From Polyangiaceae bacterium (GTDB taxonomy: Bacteria > Myxococcota_A > Polyangia > Polyangiales > Polyangiaceae), in contig JBNKBE010000002.1 of the NCBI GenBank assembly GCA_050287085.1, positions 256,001-320,000 of the forward strand: DNA of 64,000 bases, read 5' to 3'. The notes beneath the pieces were generated by a model. That model had not been told where the DNA came from and ran no database searches. It saw only the letters and a list, made by a program, of their open reading frames with translations. The translations under genes and the position numbers were made by a program. Positions within the stretch are counted from its first letter, which is position 1. Each line of letters begins with the position of its first letter. Of this stretch, positions 58,500 to 64,000 are shown in pieces.

Positions 58500-59636
58500 T
58501 CAATCCAAAAACGGATCGCTTACGCCGCGCGACGTGGCGAATAGAAGGCGAAAGGCATCACGCGCCACCTCATTGGCCCGCTTGCGCCACACTTTGCCGT
58601 TCTGAAGCATCACCGTTACGGCATACCGAGGTTTGCGACTTGGAGCAAAGCCTGTAAACCAGCTTGTCATCGGCGCACCCCGTTCAGCGCGGAGCGTTCC
58701 AGTTTTTCCAGCCACACGGACGGAGCCGAGGTAGCTGCGCCCTTCCGGACTGGTGAAGGCATCGAGCGAAGTGCCGCTGTGTACGGTCACCTCCATCATG
58801 CGGGTGAGTCTCCACGCCGTGTTGGCGCTCATCACGCGTTGCAGCGGCTCTCCAGGGGGATCGTCTTCAAGAATGCCCATGCGATGGGCAACCCCCCCTT
58901 TGGCGATGGCATAGGTGACGTGCAGAGCACCCAAAGGCGTGAACCGGCTGCCCACAAAGCCCGCCGCCGCCCGAGCGAACTCGAGGTCGTTGTAGGGCAG
59001 TTCCAACGTGCCTACCTGTGCGGCCACCGGAAACGGCAAGGCGTGGTTGAATCCCAGTCTCTCCGCGACGGTGATGAGCTGGTCACGCATCAAATGCTCG
59101 AAGGCCAATTGAGCGTAAACCGCGTTACGGCTGTAGCCCAGGGCGGTCAGGAAGGGCGCGCAACGGGCGTCTCGGGGTAGGGGGGGCGTCAGGTGTTCGC
59201 GCTCGATGCGGTGTTCACCACCACGGAAGCAAACGACGCTCTTGGGGGTGATCGGAGTGTGTTCGAATAGGGCCGCCGTCGTGATCATCTTGAACAGACT
59301 GGCTGCCGGTACGTAGCTCGTCGCCGGGGGCTCGGGCGCAGCCCCGCGTCGTCGGTATTCCGCGAGCGCCAGCAGTTGGCCGGTCTCTAGGTCGAGGACC
59401 AGCACCACCCCGGATAGGGGGCGGGCCCGTTCAAGCAGCCGAAGCGCGTCGTGTTGTAGGGTGGGCTGCAGCGTGAGTGTGGACGACCCTCCCCCTGTGA
59501 GTTGCGCCGTCACTCGGCGGCCCTCGTTTGCGATGGCAATGCTGCTCAATTCCAGCAACGGCGCATCGGCTGCGGGGGCTGCTGCTGGCACTTGGCATAG
59601 AGCACCGAGCAGGAGCCACTTCCAGCGCTGACGCAT
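58500..59636 (-). CDS. Stand-alone penicillin-binding transpeptidase-domain protein
   Basis: SLFK, SRN and KTG motifs; signal peptide from ATG 59636. Confidence 0.88.
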   Translation of the reverse strand: MRQRWKWLLLGALCQVPAAAPAADAPLLELSSIAIANEGRRVTAQLTGGGSSTLTLQPTLQHDALRLLERARPLSGVVLVLDLETGQLLALAEYRRRGAAPEPPATSYVPAASLFKMITTAALFEHTPITPKSVVCFRGGEHRIEREHLTPPLPRDARCAPFLTALGYSRNAVYAQLAFEHLMRDQLITVAERLGFNHALPFPVAAQVGTLELPYNDLEFARAAAGFVGSRFTPLGALHVTYAIAKGGVAHRMGILEDDPPGEPLQRVMSANTAWRLTRMMEVTVHSGTSLDAFTSPEGRSYLGSVRVAGKTGTLRAERGAPMTSWFTGFAPSRKPRYAVTVMLQNGKVWRKRANEVARDAFRLLFATSRGVSDPFLD

Positions 59637-59746
59637 CGCTCGCACCCGCGTCACGTTAGACGCCTGGTGGATACGGGCCAAGAATCGAGCCGGAAAGCTT
59701 GCCGAGAAGTTGGCCCGGTGACAGCCCCTGCCCACAGTCGTGGGCC

Positions 59747-60658
59747 ATGCAGCGAGCCAGGAGTGCTTTACGGTTGAGTCACCGCGTGTGGGTGTGGGCC
59801 TTGTCACCGCTGGCGACCGCGTGTCTCGTTCCGAAGTCTCAGCTTGAACAAGCCCAGGCCCGCTACCAGGACGAAGTGACGGCTCACGCCGCCAGCCAAC
59901 GCCAACTGGCCTGGACCAACGCTCATTTGCACGAAACACGTCGTACGGTGGCTGTGCTCGAGGAAAGCGCGCGAGGGAGCGGAGAAGAGCTGCGGGCCAC
60001 GCAGCAGTCGTTGGCCGCGACTGAGTTTCAGGTCGAGCGTTCCGAGCAAGCAGGGCTTGAGGCGCATCAACTCGTGGAGCAGCTGACGCAGGACTTGCAC
60101 CGCACTGGGCGCCACGTTCGCGAGTTGGTTGCGGAACGGGACGGATTGCTAGCAGAACGCGACGCCTTGGCCGCGCACGGCCAGCACAGTCGCCGCGTTC
60201 CTAGCGCTGCCGAATTGGTGGACCTCACCTTGGCCTTGAGGGCGGGCCTCGAAAGTCGCGCGGTCATCGCCACTGATCTCGACGATGGGCTCGAACTGAC
60301 TTTCTCACAGCGCGCGCTGTTTCGGACGTCCACAGGGACTGAGCTATCCAAGCCGGGTGAGCGCTTGTTGAGCGCGATGGGTGAGGTACTGGCGTCCTGG
60401 TCGTACGGCATCACGCTGGTCTCACCGTCGGGGGGCAATCCGAAGCGCGCTGCCGTCGTGTCGAGCCGACTGGCGTCTGCTGGCATCGTCCAAGACAGAA
60501 TTCATATCGCTTCGCCTCCGAGCGAGGAAGACTGTGACCTCGCGCTACGCATCGCCGTGACGCCGCCAGCCGCGGCACTTTCCACTTCGACAAACGCTTC
60601 GTCCACCGAAGCCGCGACGACACAACCTGCGGCTACTAGTTCGCCACAGGCGCCCTAG
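59747..60658 (+). CDS. Coiled-coil lipoprotein with a degenerate OmpA/MotB-like C-terminal domain
   Basis: Lipobox ATAC; long heptads; LFRTS..ELSKPGERLL, RAAVVSSRLASAGIVQDRI. Confidence 0.6.
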   Translation: MQRARSALRLSHRVWVWALSPLATACLVPKSQLEQAQARYQDEVTAHAASQRQLAWTNAHLHETRRTVAVLEESARGSGEELRATQQSLAATEFQVERSEQAGLEAHQLVEQLTQDLHRTGRHVRELVAERDGLLAERDALAAHGQHSRRVPSAAELVDLTLALRAGLESRAVIATDLDDGLELTFSQRALFRTSTGTELSKPGERLLSAMGEVLASWSYGITLVSPSGGNPKRAAVVSSRLASAGIVQDRIHIASPPSEEDCDLALRIAVTPPAAALSTSTNASSTEAATTQPAATSSPQAP

Positions 60659-60727
60659 CGCATGCTGGACCGTTGCGCTGATCCCTATGCCGAAAGCGTC
60701 TCGACCCATGTCTTGCGCCACCTGCAC

Positions 60728-62548
60728 TCAGTCGTCTGCGCTCGCTTGCGGTGGTGGCCCAGGGGGGGACGCCCCGGGGGGCGTCGGCCGCGCCTGAACC
60801 CCGGGGGGACGCGCCGGGCTCGACGCTGGAAGCGCCCCAGCGTCCGCTGCCTCCAGGTTGGCCGGAAGCTTGGCGATTGGACCCTCGGGAGCACGTTGCA
60901 ATGGGCCACCAGCGTCGGGTATTGGCGGGAGCGTGAGGGCGCCTGGTTCGCTTTCCTCCCCAGCGCTTGGCTCGGGCGGAGGACCGGGAATACGTGGCTC
61001 TTTGGGCGCTGGCGCGGGTTTGGCTCGCGCATCGCGAGCGTCGGCCAGCGTGTTGCTTTCCGGCAATAGGGTGACCGTGCGCGGGGGGCCGGCGGCGGTT
61101 GTGGTCGGCGGCGCCAAGTCCAAGCGAATACCCGGATCCCGCTGCAGCGACACGGCCAGACGGGTCTGCTTCCCATCCACAAGAACACGGGCCGTCTGGA
61201 AGCCTTCACGACGCACGCTGAGCGTCATCGCTTTGCCGTCTGGCACGACCACCCGCAGCGGCATCATGCCCAGGTCTCGGTCCCCTTGAAATAGGTGGGC
61301 GTCAATCGGTGAGAGAACAACGTCGACCACAGCGTGCTCAGGTGCTTGTCTAGCGCGCCACCAAGTAGTCCATGCCGGCCACTGAAGCACAACACCCCCA
61401 GCCAGCAGCGCGACAACGAAGAGCGCCAGGAGCCTAGTTCGCGGGCTTCCGTTGCGGGGGGGCGCTTGCCCCGAGTGTTCCCGCGGTCGCAGCGTTTCCG
61501 CCGGCACCTGGGTCATCGCTACCGAGTTGCCGGTCGCGGCGACTCGGCTCAGGTCGGATTGCAGCTCCGACATGGTTGCGTACCGCTCTTCGGGGGCCTT
61601 TGATAGGCACTTGTGCACCACGGCGGCGAGGCCACGCGATACGTCTGGAGCCAGCGAACGCAGCGGGGCCGGCTCCGCATAGATATGTTGAGACAAGACC
61701 GCCAGCGCGTTGTCTCCAACGAAGGGCAAGCGCCCGGTCAGGCATTGGTAGAGGATCACGCCAAGAGCGTACACATCCGTCCGATGGTCCACCGGCTTGC
61801 CGCTCGCTTGCTCCGGCGACATGTAGTAGGGCGTGCCAACCACCTTGCCCTCACGCGTGCGCGCGTTCTCGGCGCTGGCTACCTTGGCGATGCCGAAGTC
61901 GAGAACTTTGACGAAGCTTTCGCTACCACGTCGCTTCAGAAAGACGTTATCCGGCTTCAGGTCGCGGTGAATGATGCTTGCGCCATGAGCGGCTTGCAAG
62001 GCGCCAGCAATCTGCAAGCTCAAGCTGAGCGTCTCTGTTTCGCTCAGGCGTTCTTGACGTTCGAGCCGCTGACCGAGCGATTCGCCGTCCAAGAACTCCA
62101 TGACGATGAACGTTGCGCCGCTTGGGAGCCGACCGAAGTCGTTGATATCGATGATGTGCTCACTGCCGATCGCTGAGGCAGCTTGGGCCTCGGTCAGAAA
62201 GCGCTGCAGTACCTCCGCATTGGCGAGATACTCCGGGCGCAACACCTTGATAGCAACGTCCTTGTCGATGATCGCGTGCCGAGCGCGATAGACGACGCCC
62301 ATGCCGCCTTCGGCGATGCGCGCGACGATACGGTATCGGCCGTCTAGCAGCGCACCTAAGAGATCATCATCGCCGCCCTCTAGCTTTTCGCGCCACCCCG
62401 ATTCCGTCCCTGCGTTGAGCAGAACTTCGGTGGCGGCAAAAGAGGGGGAGCCGGGGAGAGAGCCCGCCACGCCGGTGTCATCGACAGCATGTTCTGTCGG
62501 CGCGTCCGAGAGAATGGCCTCTGGCTCAGGATCTGTGGGTTCGGACAT
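60728..62548 (-). CDS. Transmembrane Hanks-type Ser/Thr kinase with a PEGA-like domain and Pro-rich tail
   Basis: GGMGVVY, VAIK, HRDLKPDN, DFG, GTPYYMSPEQ, TM helix. Start at 62548 inferred. Confidence 0.94.
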   Translation of the reverse strand: MSEPTDPEPEAILSDAPTEHAVDDTGVAGSLPGSPSFAATEVLLNAGTESGWREKLEGGDDDLLGALLDGRYRIVARIAEGGMGVVYRARHAIIDKDVAIKVLRPEYLANAEVLQRFLTEAQAASAIGSEHIIDINDFGRLPSGATFIVMEFLDGESLGQRLERQERLSETETLSLSLQIAGALQAAHGASIIHRDLKPDNVFLKRRGSESFVKVLDFGIAKVASAENARTREGKVVGTPYYMSPEQASGKPVDHRTDVYALGVILYQCLTGRLPFVGDNALAVLSQHIYAEPAPLRSLAPDVSRGLAAVVHKCLSKAPEERYATMSELQSDLSRVAATGNSVAMTQVPAETLRPREHSGQAPPRNGSPRTRLLALFVVALLAGGVVLQWPAWTTWWRARQAPEHAVVDVVLSPIDAHLFQGDRDLGMMPLRVVVPDGKAMTLSVRREGFQTARVLVDGKQTRLAVSLQRDPGIRLDLAPPTTTAAGPPRTVTLLPESNTLADARDARAKPAPAPKEPRIPGPPPEPSAGEESEPGALTLPPIPDAGGPLQRAPEGPIAKLPANLEAADAGALPASSPARPPGVQARPTPPGASPPGPPPQASADD

Positions 62549-62613
62549 CGCCACTCCGTCTGCTTGAAGCCAAGGACTTGCAGCAGCTCTACTCTCTGGG
62601 CAACAATTCCGTG

Positions 62614-63204
62614 ATGAGCTACGGCAGAAAGCTGACAATGGCCATGGTCCTGGTAGGGCTTCTGGGGGCCTGCGAGCGGACCCCCGGCCAGGCGACGCCA
62701 CAAGCTGTGACAGCCCGAGCCAGACCCCAGGAGCGAACGCTGTCTTTTGTGCCTCGGGCCAGTCGGCCAGAGGTGTTGTCCCCTGGCTCAGCGCCGCGCT
62801 CAAGCGCGGTCGCGAGCGCGAGGGCAACCCCCCTCTGGCTTCGCGCTCGAACGCGAGATCCCGCTGCGCTTGCTCGTTTGGCCGAGGAGGAAGGGGGGGC
62901 CTCTCTGGTCCGCATCACCCAAGAAGGGGGCGAGGACGGCCACATCGCGTTGCTGGCGCTGCCGTTGGCTACCGACGCCCTCGCGTACGCGGGCGCGCTC
63001 TGTCAGCTGCTCCCCCGCGTCGTGCTCGGCGAGCGATGGAAAGTGCTGCAAGCGCTCTCAGAGCTTTTGGCTCGCGAGCGGCTGGGAGAGCTCGCGGAGC
63101 TTCACACGGCGCGTCAACGGTGTGAAGCTCCCCTGCGCAGTCTGGAGCCTCCGCTGAGTCCACAAAGCTCCGACTTTCGGTCGGTGGCTCTGGCGTATCT
63201 TTAG
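62614..63204 (+). CDS. Hypothetical helical lipoprotein
   Basis: Lipobox LGAC followed by a helical Leu/Ala-rich domain. Confidence 0.6.
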   Translation: MSYGRKLTMAMVLVGLLGACERTPGQATPQAVTARARPQERTLSFVPRASRPEVLSPGSAPRSSAVASARATPLWLRARTRDPAALARLAEEEGGASLVRITQEGGEDGHIALLALPLATDALAYAGALCQLLPRVVLGERWKVLQALSELLARERLGELAELHTARQRCEAPLRSLEPPLSPQSSDFRSVALAYL

Positions 63205-63311
63205 GCGGGAGGCGGCGACGTTCCGACGAGCTTGGGGCTGTACTGGTCGGGACGTTGGGGGATCGAGGGTACAAATGTGGCCAAGCGGGACTTCCAGGCT
63301 AGGCTTCTCCC

Positions 63312-64000
63312 GTGACTTCCGATCCGTCGCCTTCGCTGCGTTCCCCCTACGCTGCGGAGAAGTACTTGCATCAGCTCTTGGCCAAAGCGGTGGCGGCCAA
63401 CGCCCGCGATATTCACCTCAAGGTGGGGCAGCCCCCCGGGGCCCGCGTCGGTGGCGAGCTCGTCTACTTCCGACTGGATCCGGTACGACCCGTCGACACG
63501 CAAGCGGTTGTGCGGCATCTGGTCAAAGACCCCACGGTGGTCGGGAATCTCGACAGCATCATGGAGTACGACACCAGCTATAGCGTGGAAGGGCTTGGAC
63601 GTTTCCGCGTCAATGCCTACCGTCAGCGTGGCTCCCTCTCCGTTGTCTTGCGTTTCATTCCCTTGGTGGTGCCGTCGCTTGAGGAGCTCGGGGCGCCGCT
63701 GGCGTGCCGTGAACTGGCCGAAAAAGAGCGCGGGCTGGTGTTGTGCGTGGGGGCGGCTGGCAGCGGCAAGAGCAGCACACTGGCGGCGATGATTGGACAC
63801 ATGAACAAGACTCTCGCGCGCCACATCGTGACGATTGAGGACCCGATCGAATTTCATCACGTCGACGACAAGTGCAGCATCAGTCAGCGTGAGGTGGGCG
63901 TCGACACGGCCAGCTTCGCCAGCGCGCTGCGCGCCGCCTTGCGCCAGGATCCGGATGTGATCCAAGTGGGGGAAATCCGGGATGCCGAAACAATGGGCAT
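63312..64000 (+). CDS. Second PilT/PilU-family ATPase, partial (runs off the window)
   Basis: Not in the ORF track. Manual translation gives LHQLLAKAVAANARDIHLKVGQPP, GRFRVNAY, GAAGSGKSST, TIEDPIEF, LRQDPDVIQVGEIRD. Confidence 0.92.
   Translation, partial: MTSDPSPSLRSPYAAEKYLHQLLAKAVAANARDIHLKVGQPPGARVGGELVYFRLDPVRPVDTQAVVRHLVKDPTVVGNLDSIMEYDTSYSVEGLGRFRVNAYRQRGSLSVVLRFIPLVVPSLEELGAPLACRELAEKERGLVLCVGAAGSGKSSTLAAMIGHMNKTLARHIVTIEDPIEFHHVDDKCSISQREVGVDTASFASALRAALRQDPDVIQVGEIRDAETMG

Overview
This is a GC-rich, gene-dense chromosomal backbone window. Gene content points to a myxobacterium, probably Polyangiaceae/Sorangiineae-like (inference from an MglC-like roadblock protein, a MYXO-CTERM-like tail, an FHA-sigma54 activator, Hanks kinases and Cys-rich lipoproteins). 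Housekeeping genes include gyrA, a parC-parE pair, bamA, ftsB, aroQ, def, ribD, nrdR, yceD-rpmF-fabD-fabG-acpP-fabF, purF, pilB-pilT, a second PilT-family gene and a rhodanese-MoeB fusion. Envelope, signalling and hypothetical genes are interleaved. I see no mobile element, CRISPR array, rRNA or tRNA, and no clear-cut novel defence system. The best leads are three apparently catalytically degenerate enzyme homologues (a large pseudokinase-TPR protein missed by the ORF track, an FHA-TadA/CpaF pseudo-ATPase, and an acyl-CoA dehydrogenase lacking the catalytic Glu). Other leads are a GT-C/toroid-fold gene pair, a subtilase coupled to an 8-Cys lipoprotein, and recurrent short tandem arrays at gene 3' ends. 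All calls come from reading motifs by eye; no searches were run.
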